A DNA stretch of 64,000 nucleotides from Octopus sinensis (GCF_006345805.1 NC_043003.1:75330001-75394000), one strand, 5' to 3'; shown: positions 16,151 through 30,070, counted from the first letter of the stretch. Notes: a model not told the origin generated them from the sequence alone. Numbers and translations are program-made.

Positions 16151-16489
16151 CAAACACACATTATACTCTGTTTTAAATAAACTGAAAGGCAGCCCGTCCT
16201 TAACGTAGCTGTTTAGCATACTAGATGTAGTCGTTGTTAGAAATACAAAACAGCCACTATTCTGATCTCCATATATGCCGAAAAGGGGAAACATTCTTCT
16301 GCAGTATATTAGGAGGCGAGATTAGTTTATAATACCAGCAAACAAAACGTGGAAAGACAATATCTCTGAGGTGGGAGTGAGCAAATTTCAGAGGTACAAG
16401 TTGACTGGAACCAGGGACCCACCAAAATTGTTCCATATAGGACCCCACATATTCTAAGGCCGGCCCTGACTGGATGTTAAAACTTGTTT

Positions 16490-17552
16490 TAAAACATAAA
16501 AACAAGAACGCAACATACTCTGTAATAAAACAGGCAAATGAATAACGAAGTGAATGCCAAATACAACAAATCCAGGAATTAGACGTATTGGAAACAAGCG
16601 CAGAAAAAGCGAAGCATATGAAACCCCGAGCTAAAACTGCTACCTTAGCTATTCAATGGCAAGGAAAACCACCTCGCAGTGGTAAATACCCAAAGAGAGA
16701 AAGAGAGCTCGTAATTCCGATTAAATAAGCCCTTACCCATCAATGAATAGTATCTTCTAGATCAAAACAGAGGATATATAATCGCAACCCAAGATCAATG
16801 CTTACTTTTCAAGGAGCTACCAGGGCCACATATAAAAGAAAAGCGGTAGGACAATATGTCGTGTATGTAAACAAAAAGAAAATGAAACCATTGATCATGT
16901 TATCTCCAAAAGGCATGATAGAGCAGCACAGTATATTCACTGAGTATTTTTCAAAAACCTGGACGTACCCCATGATAAGAACTGGTGGGGACACAAACCA
17001 CCGCTAGTGCTTGAATATGATCATATTTCGTTCCTGTGGAACTTCACCGTTCAAACTGACAAAAATTTAGATGGGAATAGGCCAGACATTATATTGAAAG
17101 ACTTCAGAAAAGAAAATCACGCCTCCTCATTGATATGTCCCAATCGATATAAATATATCTGTCAAGACCTAGCACAAACTGAGCGTGTATAAAGATCTTG
17201 AAATACAAATTGGCAAAATGTGGAACATCGAGACTAAAACAATGTCTGTTGTCATAGGTACCCTCAGAATGATAGCAAAAGCTGCTGATTCCTATCTTGC
17301 TCAGATACCAGGAAACCCCCAAACAGCAGAGATTCAAAAGATAGTGCTTAATCCTACGAAAAATACGAGCTATATAATCTCATTAAGCAAACTTATAATT
17401 TTCTTAAGTTTTATTAAATATTCTTTACAACTGTACTATGTGCAAAACCAATTATATGACAACCTAGGCATAAAACCAACTTCAGCATCTAACTTCTTGT
17501 TTTTTTGAGGTCTCTGATTGACACTTGGAGTCAACGTCTACAAAAACAAAGC
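16490..17552 (+). mobile_element. R4/Dong-like retrotransposon 3' portion
   Basis: IATQDQCL, ETIDHVIS, FLWNFTVQTDKNLDGNRPDIILKD, YKDLEIQIGKMWNIETKTMSVVIGTL, followed by (AAT)n. Confidence 0.85.
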
Positions 17553-17598
<46 letters not shown>

Positions 17599-17615
17599 TG
17601 ATGATGATGATGATG

Positions 17616-17688
<73 letters not shown>

Positions 17689-17691
17689 GAT

Positions 17692-17722
<31 letters not shown>

Positions 17723-17745
17723 AAGAAGAAGAAGAAGAAGAAGAT
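17553..17745. repeat. Compound (AAT)n(GAT)n(AAT)n(AAG)n
   Basis: Directly visible. Confidence 0.97.
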
Positions 17746-18280
17746 TAACTCACTAAAATGAACTTGAAACACTGAAAAAATAAAAATACTATTTTAAACT
17801 AATGATGAGATAGAACAGAAAGTGGAACATTAACACATTCGCTGCATTGACCAAATTTAAGACAGTAAGTGACATTAGTTATTAACAGGCCAGGTTTAAA
17901 GTTCTAGATGTATGACTAATTTCAGTAACACTAACACCACGCACAAGAATAGTTCTGTTTGACATTATACTCTATTCAGATATCTGAAATACAGTTAAAT
18001 TTCACCCTAACGAAGCAACAGCAATAATTAACACCATGATGTCTACCAAGATGCACGATTTACAGTGTGAACGGGCTTGCAGTGGGAAGACGTGTAGAAC
18101 CTGACAAAGAAAGATGTGATCAACTTTACACTAATTCCAAGATGTATAAATCTATGTTCTACCGATATTTATTAATTTGATGCACATCTATCTCTCTATC
18201 TATCTGACTATATTATATAGACAGATAGATAGAGAGATAGATATACACTGTGTGTATATCTATGTGGTTGGTAAGTAAAC

Positions 18281-18307
18281 TATTTATCATGCAGTCACTC
18301 CTGCACC

Positions 18308-18375
<68 letters not shown>

Positions 18376-18400
18376 TGCAGGAGTGACTGCATGATAAATA
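18281..18400. repeat. Perfect 30-bp inverted repeat flanking a (TA)n tract; the left arm is the head of a minus-strand SINE fragment
   Basis: 18281-18310 TATTTATCATGCAGTCACTCCTGCACCAAT is the exact reverse complement of 18371-18400. Confidence 0.92.
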
Positions 18401-19781
18401 TTCGTCTGGTTAGTGAATAAAATATTGCTACAGTGTTCAATTACTATTATCTTTATATAATAATAATTGCAAACATTTGTAAATATAGACTCTTAACTGT
18501 TGATAACAAAAAATATTGTAGGGGAAACTAATGAATGGACAGGAATGGATTTAGTTACATTGGTTTTCAGTCAAAGGAATGGTCCTTGGAAAAGGAAGGG
18601 AAATATACATATGCAGGCTAAAACATATACGGGGCGAAAGGTGTAAGAGTGTACCCATACATACATACATACATACATGCATACATGCATACATGCATGC
18701 ATATACATAAACGCATGCACGCACACACATACGTATATATTTACACGCATACATATGTCCACATATATATAGACATATACACATATATGTATGTATATAT
18801 ATATATATATATAATATATATACATACATATATATATATATACACACAACAATGCACGTACCATGGATAAACACATACCCCCAACACATACCCACACTTA
18901 CAGATACATGCATACGCACAACTACTCACACACTCACGTACACGTATACATTCTGGCATCTCGTTAGTTTTTCAAACAGTAACTAGTTGGCATATAATTA
19001 CCAGTACATAGCTGCATTGTAAGTTTACATTTCTTAACTTATATGAACATCAATATCTGCCAACACGTGTAAAGATAAAGAAAGGTATATCTTAGCCTCT
19101 GTAATTCATCTGTTGCGTTAGTTTTGAAGCTATATTGTAGTACTTTTTAGTTTACATATTTTAATGAGTCACATTTGCGTATCATGGGTGCGTATCGCGG
19201 TTAAGTACCATGCAATGACGCCAGACCAAATGAGAATAATTTGAAATAATTTAATGCGTCCCTTTGTGATCTACGTAATGTATTATAGGAAATACATCCT
19301 AATATGCATTAACTTCCTTGGGAATCACATTTCAAAATATGTTGAGATATCTTAACCGTGGAATGTTTTGGTAATGGATGTATTTCCTATTCCATAGATA
19401 TGAAAGTCGTGTATTAAATCCTTCCAAAATAGCATTATTTGCTTTGGCTTCGTCATTACTATGTGTGTGAGTTTGTGTGTGTGTTTTGGTAAATACTAAC
19501 ACATGTGGAAGCAGGCCAGTAAATTAACTAAAGTAAAAGGAGTAGCCATTCCAGGAAAGTGTGTTGAAAACTCTCTTTAGTATATTCTAAGGAAATACTT
19601 TCAGAGAGTTACAGAGCACCATAAAAGCTGAGACAAGGTTAAGTATTGTACGAGGTCGACAAAGAGAGGTATAAATCTAGTTTAGAAGAATTATATTTGA
19701 GAGGAGTGAATGAATGTAGTTTGAACATAAATTCTTCTAGCTCTGAACTGCAATAATCTAAAACGAATACGGCAATACATT

Positions 19782-19850
<69 letters not shown>

Positions 19851-20676
19851 TCATCTATTTATATATACACAAGTATATATTGATACATACAAAGGTTAAT
19901 ACATATAGATAGAATGTCACAATTCACCGAAAGTGCTTCGGCTTATATATATATAACCGGGAAACGTTTTGATCAGCCGAAAGATTTATGGAATCATTAT
20001 TAGATTAGCCGGCAACATCAATCTTGAGATAATATGTACATAAGGTGGTGGGTAAATGTCTTTGTGCCACAGCGTAAACAATTGTGTTTGTTCATGATGC
20101 TTTTCATCTTTCAGAATCCCCATCATTCATCGTATATTTCAATAGAATTGCAAGACATAATTCGACAGTAAAGATTATAACAATGCCTAACATCTATAGT
20201 ACCTAATTAATTACATATATAAATAAATATATAAAAATCATTTGTTCACTATTAGTGGCTCTCTTAATTGTGTAACATTAAAATTATTAGAAAAGGTCTC
20301 CAAGACAAATCTAATCAAATTTATGTGATCTGTAATTCGATTAATAAATACTTTGATAGCTAGACTGTTTAATATATATTTAAATATCTAGTAAGCTTCA
20401 TTAGGCTGATGTTAAAAATCGACATTGTTTGGAAACACACGAAATGCGAAGTGCTAAAATTAGTAAATTAGTAAATTCAATAAAAGAATTGTAACATAAT
20501 TCAGCAGCGAGATTGCTTGCCTATATAGATTACAAGATAACATTACCTATTTCAGAAGACAGAACTGTATGGGGTTTTGATCTGAAAAGGCGCTAATATA
20601 TTTATGCCCGTGTTATAGATACGGAAACGCACTTATCCACGCACGCACATGCACGCATACACACTCACACACACAA

Positions 20677-20743
<67 letters not shown>

Positions 20744-21039
20744 TTTTAAATTATTATCTCAACCGAAATGCTACTTGGGTTGTATTTAATTTCTTCCGTG
20801 ATACACACTACCACCACGGCTGGGTAGTGATATTTCCGATGATTTTTGACAGCCCCTTTGCAGTAACATACATAATACATATTGCATGATTTTACATGCA
20901 GCAAACTCAGCATCGGTAGATTCTGAACTCAGGATGTAAAGCCGGAAAAAATTCTGCTATGCATTATTTTCGGTGAGGTAAAAATTCTGCCTGTTCACCG
21001 CCTTGATACTATTTGTGATGAGGATAATGATGATAATAA

Positions 21040-21245
21040 CGTTTCCTACTAAAGGCATAAATTCTGTAATTTGGGGGAGAGGACTAGTGGAATACATTGG
21101 CCCTATAATATCACTGGTACTTTATTAATCGACCCCGAAATGATGGGAAGGATTATAGACCTTGGCGAACTCTCAACTCGCAACGTGAAAATGGACAAAA
21201 TGCCTGTGCCGGGCGTGCTACCAGTTCTGCAAGCTCACTGCCTTG
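21040..21245 (-). mobile_element. tRNA-derived SINE (family with CGACCCCGAAAG body)
   Basis: Shares body motifs (ACTGGTACTT..TAATCGACCCCGAAA, GACCT.GGCG.A) with the copies at 21968, 22426, 27433, 39877 and 43420. Confidence 0.7.
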
Positions 21246-21269
21246 ATAATAATAAAACAAAATTAATAC

Positions 21270-21326
<57 letters not shown>

Positions 21327-21329
21327 GAA

Positions 21330-21360
<31 letters not shown>

Positions 21361-21390
21361 AAGAAGAAGAAGAAGAAGAAGAAGAAGAAA
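21246..21390. repeat. (AAT)n(AAG)n microsatellite
   Basis: Directly visible. Confidence 0.95.
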
Positions 21391-21967
21391 TAGTTCGTGA
21401 GTGAAATGTAAAGAAACAGAAAAGATCGAGAAATACGACTGCGGAACGAGAAAGCAATGTTATGGGGCGTGAGGAAAATAATGGTGATTACTTTTTCTTT
21501 CTCTTCACTTTCCTGCTATTTACTTCTGTTCTTCTTACTCTCGCTAATCCTTGTTTTGTCGGGTGTGGTAGGGAGTGGTGTTGTTCTTTCCCCGCTTCTT
21601 TTATGCCTGCGTCGGTTTTGTTGATATTTCTGCTGCTGCTGCCACACAACCAAATTAAGTTGCAGACGGAATTATATCTCATCTTGCAACAACCGTCGGT
21701 ACCCTTGATTTGAGAGGCCATGTTGGTAATTTTGTTTTCAAAATATTGAATTTAACGTTGTTAAAACTCAAAATTCGCCCTTAATGGGTGAATTTGTTTC
21801 AACCCTAGCTGACCTTGCATGTAGAGAGAGCTGGGTTAACAAGACGTCCGTTCATTCAATAAAATACGTAAAATCATACACTAAAACCACAACTTTTAAG
21901 AAAAATTAACGGACATTCGAACACGCAACCGCCAGCTCCAGACACAAAAGATGACGATAATAGTAAT

Positions 21968-22160
21968 TCTTTCTACTAACGGTACACAGTCTGAAATACT
22001 GGGTGAAGGGACTAGTTGATTTCATCGGCGCCTATGTTTCATTCGTATTTAACTTACCGACCCCGAAAGTCCACCTCGGCGGGATGTTAACCTCAAACGA
22101 CATGCCGCTAATCATTTTTTTCCGGTGTTCTAACGGTTCAGCCACCTCACCGCTTTTCTA
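21968..22160 (-). mobile_element. tRNA-derived SINE, same family, diverged
   Basis: TTCTTTCTACTA...CCGACCCCGAAAG.CCACCTCGGCGG...CCGCTAATCATTT. Confidence 0.65.
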
Positions 22161-22164
22161 ATAA

Positions 22165-22199
22165 TACTAATACTACTACTACTACTACTAATAATAATA

Positions 22200-22256
<57 letters not shown>

Positions 22257-22291
22257 GTGATGATGCTAGTGATGATGATGATGATGATGAT

Positions 22292-22354
<63 letters not shown>

Positions 22355-22424
22355 AAGAAGAAGAAGACGAAGAAGAAGAAGAAGAAGAAGAAGAAGAAGA
22401 AGAAGAAGAAGAAGAAGAAGAAGA
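22165..22424. repeat. Compound (ACT)n(AAT)n(GAT)n(AAT)n(AAG)n
   Basis: Directly visible. Confidence 0.96.
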
Positions 22425-22425
22425 A

Positions 22426-22562
22426 TTTCTACCATAGGCTCAAGTCCTGGAATTTAGAGGAGGGCATTAAGTCGATTATATCGAGCGAAGTGCAGAACTG
22501 GTACTTATTTAGTCGATCCTGAAAGGATGAAAGACACAGTCGACGTAGGCGGAATTTAACCT
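22426..22562 (-). mobile_element. SINE fragment, same family
   Basis: AGTCGATTATATCGA...ACTGGTACTTATTTAGTCGATCCTGAAAGGATGAAAG..AGTCGAC..GGCGGAATTT. Confidence 0.7.
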
Positions 22563-24963
22563 CTAACATTTCTACTACTACTACATCAATTTATGATGTA
22601 TTTTAAAACGGCTAGCCCGCCATAGACTCCGCAAACGGTTGTAGGGTTCCTAATATACAACTAATTTTATCTTCTTAATATTGTAACTATGCCCATGACC
22701 AATCAATCTTTTTCTCTAGAATATTTCATTTCGGCTGGTAAAAATTTATGGCTAAATATTTTCAGAAGACGCCACTACTCACTTACAACAGCAATTTCGC
22801 CAGTTTGAGAGTATGTAGCAGAAGTTTATTTCTCGATTTGATTGATCAAACAATATATAACTTCGAAGGCCGGTATAGGAATATTTAGTCAGTGGAATAC
22901 AATTTTACAATGCTACAAGATGCATATAATTTAATTCATCAATCTGAAATGCAATAAAAAGCAATCATAATATCGGCAATGTCATCTACCTCCTTCTCCT
23001 CCTCATCATCATCAGTAACAATTAAATAGAAAGGAAGCTGACGTCATATAACATGTAAGACATAACCATATTCACTCCACAAATATGGCGAATAAAAGGA
23101 GCACATACTAGGAGAGTTATATTAAAAAATATACTACTGCTACTGTATTATAGATATATTAGAATGAGAATTGCTTAACTTCCGTCTGTTACTATTTCGA
23201 AAGCAATTAGACTTTTATTAAATTAATAAACTCGTTAAAAATGCTGGCTTTATTGAACATTATGAAGGAGGCGTTATGAACTAACTGATATTCTTTTGAA
23301 CGATCAAAGAACTACAACCATATGTAGAATTTGGTACAGTAAGTGATTCTTCTAGACGATACCGTATAAATTAGTGTACTGCATTACACTTCAAAGTATA
23401 TTAGGATATCAGGAGATACATCTAATATCATTTCATGTCTTACTGTAATATTTATAGCAAGATATATCTGCTAGCCTGCAAGATATTTGTTTGTGGACAT
23501 ATAGCCAAAATGCCTATCATGCTTCAAAACGGGAATAAAATATTATCAGTTGCATCAGTACGGTCTATATGTTAGAAAAGTACAATGGAACCAGACGAAT
23601 TACTCACGAACATCCTACAAGATCACCGACAACAGATATGAAGAAATCCAGCAGTGATACCATCACCGTGTACCATCACCGGTTACAAAGTTGTCCAGCA
23701 TCTACTGCTCAATTCAACATTAAACAATCAAGAACAGTATTTTTTAGTCAAATGGAAATAAAAATCAACCCAACCATCAGTGAAGTTGGTGAAGCAGATT
23801 GCACTATGGAGCACAAATATCAAACTTTCCTTTTGTCGTTTGCCCAGCATAGCATATTTGAAGAACTAATACGTTTCGAAGAATCGAACGAGCAAGAAGA
23901 ATGCTATCTTAAATAGACGAAATTATACTTCGTGGAAGATAATAAAACGACTGAATTATCTGGGTGATAAATATTTTATCTGCTTCGGTTTGGTGAACAT
24001 AAAAGTAAAACATTGAATGAGTTGAACGAACATCTTCAATATTATCTAGATTTTCATCAACATAACACAGTATGTAGTCGATAGCAATAATACTCTTATA
24101 AGTTGCGGAAATGATGCTTTAAACTACCTGGGCAAGGTATGAACTTTAAACATAAAAATGTGTAAATGTTGAAACGCCTTTATGTTCCTATTTATTCTGG
24201 ATATGCTTAATAATCATCCCATATTCAACAAAAATAATGAATTGTTTTAGCAAAGTTTCGATGCACTTACGTCCGAAGACAATTTTATAGTACTTCTCTA
24301 GACCCACTAGCTATTGTAAATATCATTGAGGTAGTGAAAACTACTAATAAAAATGGTAAACAACAATATATATATGTGAGACAGAGAATTAACGACAATG
24401 AGTTATATTTTATGCAATTCAACAGTCAGAAGAATATTGACTCATGGCTAGACACACAAAGCAAACGAGTTTAATTTTGATGATGGTATGTAAACTGTAG
24501 CTTCATAGGTAATTGAATTTCGATGAAAATGTTGGAAAGGAACAGAGAGGTAATTGAAGTAAGTGGGAAAGAGACAAACAATTATCCAGGCGAATATGAC
24601 TAAGTGGAACGACATACGTTTAAATACAAATTGTCAGCTAGAACAGAGCAGTTGAAGAATATCATAAAAAGAAGAATTTCAATGTGAAAATTAACGTTAA
24701 AAAAAATTAAGGAATTGGTGCTGTAGCAGCTGGTTACGATAAAAGAGGATTAATTATCGATTTATTACAATTATCTTCATCTCTAGATGTTTCCTTATTG
24801 CCAACTAAAAATTAAAACTGTCTCAGGAAGATAAGATAATCAAGAATTATCCAATATTGATATACCATTAAGAAAATCTACCTTCACTGTCTGGATACAC
24901 GAGGGTAATCGCGAAAATCTGTTTGTACATATGCGCGCAGACACACGTGTACGTATATGTGTG

Positions 24964-25007
<44 letters not shown>

Positions 25008-25053
25008 AGTGTATGTGTGTGTGTGAGTGTATCTCTCTCTCCCTCTCTCTCTG

Positions 25054-25087
<34 letters not shown>

Positions 25088-25274
25088 TATTTATATATAT
25101 ATACATACTTCTTTAAACAAATATTTTCATGATATCCTAAATTGGATTTCGATGCAATATTATGCAATATACTGTGCAATAGGCATCTGCAAGTTATTAT
25201 TGATATACATACATAAATACGTATATACATAAATATATATGTGTATGCATTTATGTAATATATATATATTTTCT

Positions 25275-25465
25275 TTCACTTCCTTCAGTAATTTCACTGC
25301 AACCATGGTTTAGCACTGCTTTTAGTCGAACAAATCGATAGCAGAACTTATTCTTTGTTAGCCTAGTACTTATTCTATCGGTTGCTTTTGACGAACCTCT
25401 AAGTTAAGGGGAAGTAAACACACCAGCATCGATTTTCAAGCGACGTTGGGGGAACAAACACAGAC
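25275..25465 (+). mobile_element. SINE-like repeat (TAGTCGA.CAAATCGA...TACTTATTCTATCGG family) ending in a (CA)n tail
   Basis: Clearly homologous to 32778-32970 within this window. Confidence 0.65.
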
Positions 25466-25520
25466 ACACACACATACACACACACACGCACACACACACA
25501 CACATGTACATATATGTATA

Positions 25521-25655
25521 CGACGGGCTTCTTTCAGTTTCTGTCTACCAATTCCGCTCACAAGGCTTTTGTCGGTCCGAGGGTATAGTAGAAGACAACT
25601 ATCGGAAACATGTGTTTGAGAAGCAAGCTTCTTACCACACAGCTATTCCTGCACC
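25521..25655 (-). mobile_element. tRNA-derived SINE (CORE-like family), internally deleted
   Basis: Minus strand: GGTGCAGGAATAGCTGTGTGGTAAGAAGCTTGCTT...GCCTTGTGAGCGGAATTGGTAGACAGAAACTGAAAGAAGCCCGTCG. Homologous to 35466-35612 and the 18.3-kb head. Confidence 0.7.
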
Positions 25656-25686
25656 TATATATGTGTATATGTGTGTGTGTGTGTGC

Positions 25687-25726
<40 letters not shown>

Positions 25727-25735
25727 GTGTGTATA

Positions 25736-27006
25736 CAGAGGTTGGACAAGATAATAGAAAACACCTAACAACATAGCATCATTATTTTGAAATATATATA
25801 AAACCATCAAAAGCTTGTTTATTTTTATGTTTTATTTTTGGTTTATTATTAGTGCTGCTTAAAATGGTTTGCTAAAATTACTGTTTCTTTTCAGATATCA
25901 TCAGATAAAGGTAATTAAAATTCATGAAAATGACTGATCTATCAGACTTTCAAAGTGGTCAAATTATTGGCGTTCGTATGGCAGGCGTTAGCGTAACAAA
26001 AATAGTCGAAATGTTTGGTATATCAAGAAAGTCTCGAAAGTAATGACAGCTTTTGAGAAAAAGGGAAAAACCTCCTCGTTGAAACAAAACTCCAGAAGAA
26101 AACCAAAACTCTAAGATAGGGACCGTCGGCCACTTATGTGAATTGTTAGAAAGGATCCCAAACGTACAACTCCCAAAATCACTGCAGAGTTAATGACCAC
26201 TTCGAGAAACCAGTCCCCCCCCCCCCAAAAAAAAAACCCTGATCGCTGCGAGTTGCACAAAGCCGGATTTTACAGGAGGGCTGCAATCAGAAAACCACTG
26301 CTTTCAAAAACAAACTTTGGAAAGCGTTCAATGTGGAGTAAAAACCCACAGAATTGGTCCCTAGAACATTAGAAGAATGTTATTTTCTCGGACGAGTCAT
26401 CCTTTACTTTATTTCCGACCACCATCCGAGTATCCATGTGGAGACAGCCAAAAGAAACAATTGACCCAGACTGCCTTCTTTCAACTGTTAAACATAGAGG
26501 GGATCGGTGATGATCTGAGGAGCTATATCTTGGAAATCAGCCAGCCCAATGGTTTCCCTCCATGGCAGAAGAATAGCCAAGACTATTTAAGCATTTTGTC
26601 TGATCAGTTTCATCCTATGGTTACAGAAGTGTTTCCGGAGAGAAACGCAATCTTTTAGGATGATAATGCACCAATTCACACAACTAAAGTTCTTACTAAA
26701 TGGCACGAGGATCATTCTAATGAAGTTGAACATCTTATGTGGCCACAACAGACCCCATACCTCAGTATTATTGACTATTTATGGTGCATTTTAGAAAAAC
26801 AAATAAAGAGTCGGCATCCTCCACCATCATTACAAAAACTGTAGACTGTTACAGCTGAAGAATGGACAAAAATTCCTTTGCGAACAATTCAAACTTACTA
26901 CCTCGTAGAATTCAAGCTGTAAATACTAACAAAGGCGGTCGTACAATATATTAAAATATATTTCTTGGAAATTTTAAGGTATCTTCATTATTTTGTCAAG
27001 CCACTG
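25736..27006 (+). mobile_element. Tc1-like DNA transposon with imperfect TIRs and an inactivated DD34E-type transposase (~25930-26954)
   Basis: Left end TA|CAGAGGTTGGACAAGATAAT; right end reverse complement CAGTGGCTTGACAAAATAAT. Translation: MTDLSDFQSGQIIGVRMAG (HTH), VIFSDESSF, F*DDNAPIH, WPQQTPYLSIIDYLW. Several stops and frameshifts. Confidence 0.92.
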
Positions 27007-27029
27007 TTCACACACACGCACACACGCAT

Positions 27030-27077
<48 letters not shown>

Positions 27078-27432
27078 TTATACACATACATACATATAAA
27101 CTTACTCTCTCACACGTAAGCATATATATCTACGTGTGAGCGCGAATGTGCATGCGTTGTGTAATAGTGCATAACACTGTTGTCAATGATTTCGTACAGA
27201 ACAATCGGAAGAGTCAGTAAATCATATGAGGTTTCTTCTGAAATAATAAGCAATGAGTTCCTTTAGTAAATCATTGCAAAACGTTCAGAAAAAAGTCAAT
27301 GATCTGAGTGAAGAGTTATAATTTGCAAGCGACTAAGTGCAAATGGCAAGAGAATAGCTAACTCCACGCAGTTTAATCGCAGCAGATTTGACTAAAGGAA
27401 GTGTAAACTCATTTTTTCTTCATGCTATAACG

Positions 27433-27640
27433 AAGGGGTCGAGCTGGAAAAATCGTTAGCGGTATACTTAGCGTAATTTCGTCTGTCTTCGGATTCTAAG
27501 TATAAATTCCGCCGACGTCAACTTTATCTTTCATCATTTCGGGGTGATAAATTAAGTCGCAGCGAAACAGTGAGGTCGATTTAATTGACTCGTCTCCTTC
27601 TCCTAAATGGCTACTCTTGAGTCAAAATTTCAAACCCTTA
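27433..27640 (+). mobile_element. tRNA-derived SINE (CGACCCCGAAAG family), forward copy
   Basis: GAGCTGGAAAAATCGTTAGC...AAATTCCGCCGACGTCAACTTT..TTTCATCATTTCGGGGTGATAAATTAAG. Confidence 0.65.
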
Positions 27641-28972
27641 TGTTGTAAATATTTTCAATAAGTTGGGTGCCTTTATATAACTAGTCGAAGATTTAGTATA
27701 TTTGATTATAACAACAGTGTATCAAATGGAGGAGTAGCATTTCAGTGTGGTCATTTGAAATTAATAGAGATTTAGCAAATGAAGGACCATTTTATGTTTA
27801 ACAGTTATGATTAGTATTCCAGTCTTTAGTAAGTAGTTTTTAATTCACTCGAACACAAATTTCACGTAAGAATGAATTTTCCCTATGAAATTTTAAAATA
27901 GTTATCGATTGCAGATTGAGCAGATGTAAACTTTGCCAAATGAGATGAATCTAGTATAATAATGTGGAAGTTTTAAACCCCGGGATAAAGAAAAACAAAT
28001 TTGCTTTCAGCTGGATTAGAACTAAAGCTGCTATAAAAAGAATTAGATGCTGCAATACATAAACTAAATGATGCACTCACCCGTGTATGTCTTGTCAATG
28101 ATATGTGTTTTATCATTGATATTAATAATATTTCTCGTATTCAAATAAATGGTGTTATCTTTCGGGAACAAATCATTTAAAGAGAAATTCATTCTCAGCT
28201 TGTGATATATCATGTATCAAGTACCATGTAATACTTCAGCAATGTGTAGCACGTGTTTGCATCGAATGAGTCTAAAAACCGAGGGTTGTCTGTTGGGAGT
28301 TCAGATGAAAACAAACACAAATTACACTTTAAGCTTTCTAGATGACTTATCACCATTAGATATTTAGACTCTATACAATATACACAGCTTTTAATCGATA
28401 TTTATCAAAGAGTAGCTGCGGAACAATTGTAGCTGAATTCCTGATATTTATCAAATACATTCACTGATAACAACCAATATAGATATGTGAGTGTGTGTGT
28501 TTGTATGTCTGTGTGTCTGTGTTTTTGTTTGCGTGTTTACGTGTGTGTGATGTGGGATGGAGTAGATGTGTCTGTGTCTTTGATTATACATTTGTATTTA
28601 TGTCTATCTTTGCATATGTGCGTTTATATGAATACGTGTAGGTGTATTTGGCAGTGTGTAGCTCGATATATCGGATATATATATATGTATATATAGATCT
28701 CCTTGTGCACACACACCATTCATACCAATATAATCATATGTGTATAGATGCGTTACACATATTTAAATTCGTGTGTATATGTGTATGTGTGTGTAGCTAT
28801 ATTTCATTTTATTTCATTTTATAAGATTAATTTTTTGTATATATTACATGTATTAGATTAAAAAACTAAAGTTAGTCATTTCCTTCCTCCTTTGCTGTTT
28901 CATTTTTTCTTCTTTCTTCGCTTTTTCTCATTCCTCTTACTCTTTTTCTTTTTAGAATCATATTATTATTAT

Positions 28973-29447
28973 TTTCATATACATTTAACATATTGGAATG
29001 TTGGATAAGAAAAAAAAAAAACTTTACATTGGGTTTCATCTAGTAATATTAGATTTCAAGAACCCTCCTCTCAAGTTACAAGTAACCTTAGATGCCATGA
29101 ATGCTCCTAATTATCCTAGCTATCCCTAATAGCAGTTTTCTGGAGCTGTACTAAATTGGGGTTTATTCCTATTTCTTCTATCCCTTTGTCCAGATCTTTA
29201 GGGATAGTTCCCAATGCATCTATAACTTCTGGGATTCATTTTACCTGCACTTTCCATAGTCACTATAATTCAATAGCTAGGTCCTGGTAATCTGCTATTT
29301 CTTGTATACTTCGCATATTAATGTTTTCATCAACTGGAACTGTAAAGTCAATTATCTGGTACTTTGTGTTCTACTACTGTTAACTCAAACCTAGCTTCTA
29401 ATACTCTGTCAGTCTGAATGCTGAAGTCACACAATATCCTGTTTCTA
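28973..29447 (-). mobile_element. R4/Dong-like 3' fragment (same subfamily as 45081-45480 and 51400-53272)
   Basis: Minus strand: ILCDFSIQTDRVLE..., QIIDFTVPVDEN, YQDLAIEL, DALGTIPKDL, QLQKTAIRDS*DN. The 3' end GTATATGAAAA-(TAA)n matches the end of the 53.2-kb copy. Confidence 0.8.
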
Positions 29448-29520
<73 letters not shown>

Positions 29521-29677
29521 GCTGCTGCTACTGCTGCTGCTGCGGCTACTACTACTACTACTCCTGCTGTTGCTACTACTGCTACTGCTATTATTATTAT
29601 TATTATTATTATATTATTATTATTATTATTTTATTATTATTATTATTGTTATTATTATTATTATTATTATTATTAAT

Positions 29678-29712
<35 letters not shown>

Positions 29713-29715
29713 TAT
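29448..29715. repeat. Compound (TAC)n(TGC)n(TAT)n(CAT)n
   Basis: Directly visible. Confidence 0.95.
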
Positions 29716-30031
29716 AGAATTTCGTACATAGTTTAAAAACGGTACGCGACAAAGCTTATTCACTAGTTACTTTACGGTGGTAATATGTGTTTGTGATCAA
29801 AACATGGATTATACACTTAAAAATATCCATGTGGGTCATTTGGGAGACTCATTCTGGTATGGAATAGATTGCTTTGCAGTAATTGTTCCCGTTTCCTCCG
29901 TTTCTATGTCCAAATCCCACTGCGAACATCTTTGAGTTTGAGCTTTTTGCTTTCATTTGATAACTCTCGTGTACTGCAGTCGTTTATTCTCTCTCTCTTC
30001 ATTTCTCCGTCTCTGTTTTGTACCCCCACCT

Positions 30032-30070
<39 letters not shown>

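Noticed and set aside
16190-16468. Possible MITE ending in GGCCGGCCCTG
   Set aside because: No clean matching left TIR or TSD was found.
23569-23916. 115-aa ORF
   Set aside because: No recognisable domain and no splice context; possibly a decayed LINE.
27109-27140. 10-bp inverted repeat CTCACACGTA/TACGTGTGAG
   Set aside because: Short and partly low-complexity; expected by chance in this CA/GT-rich context.
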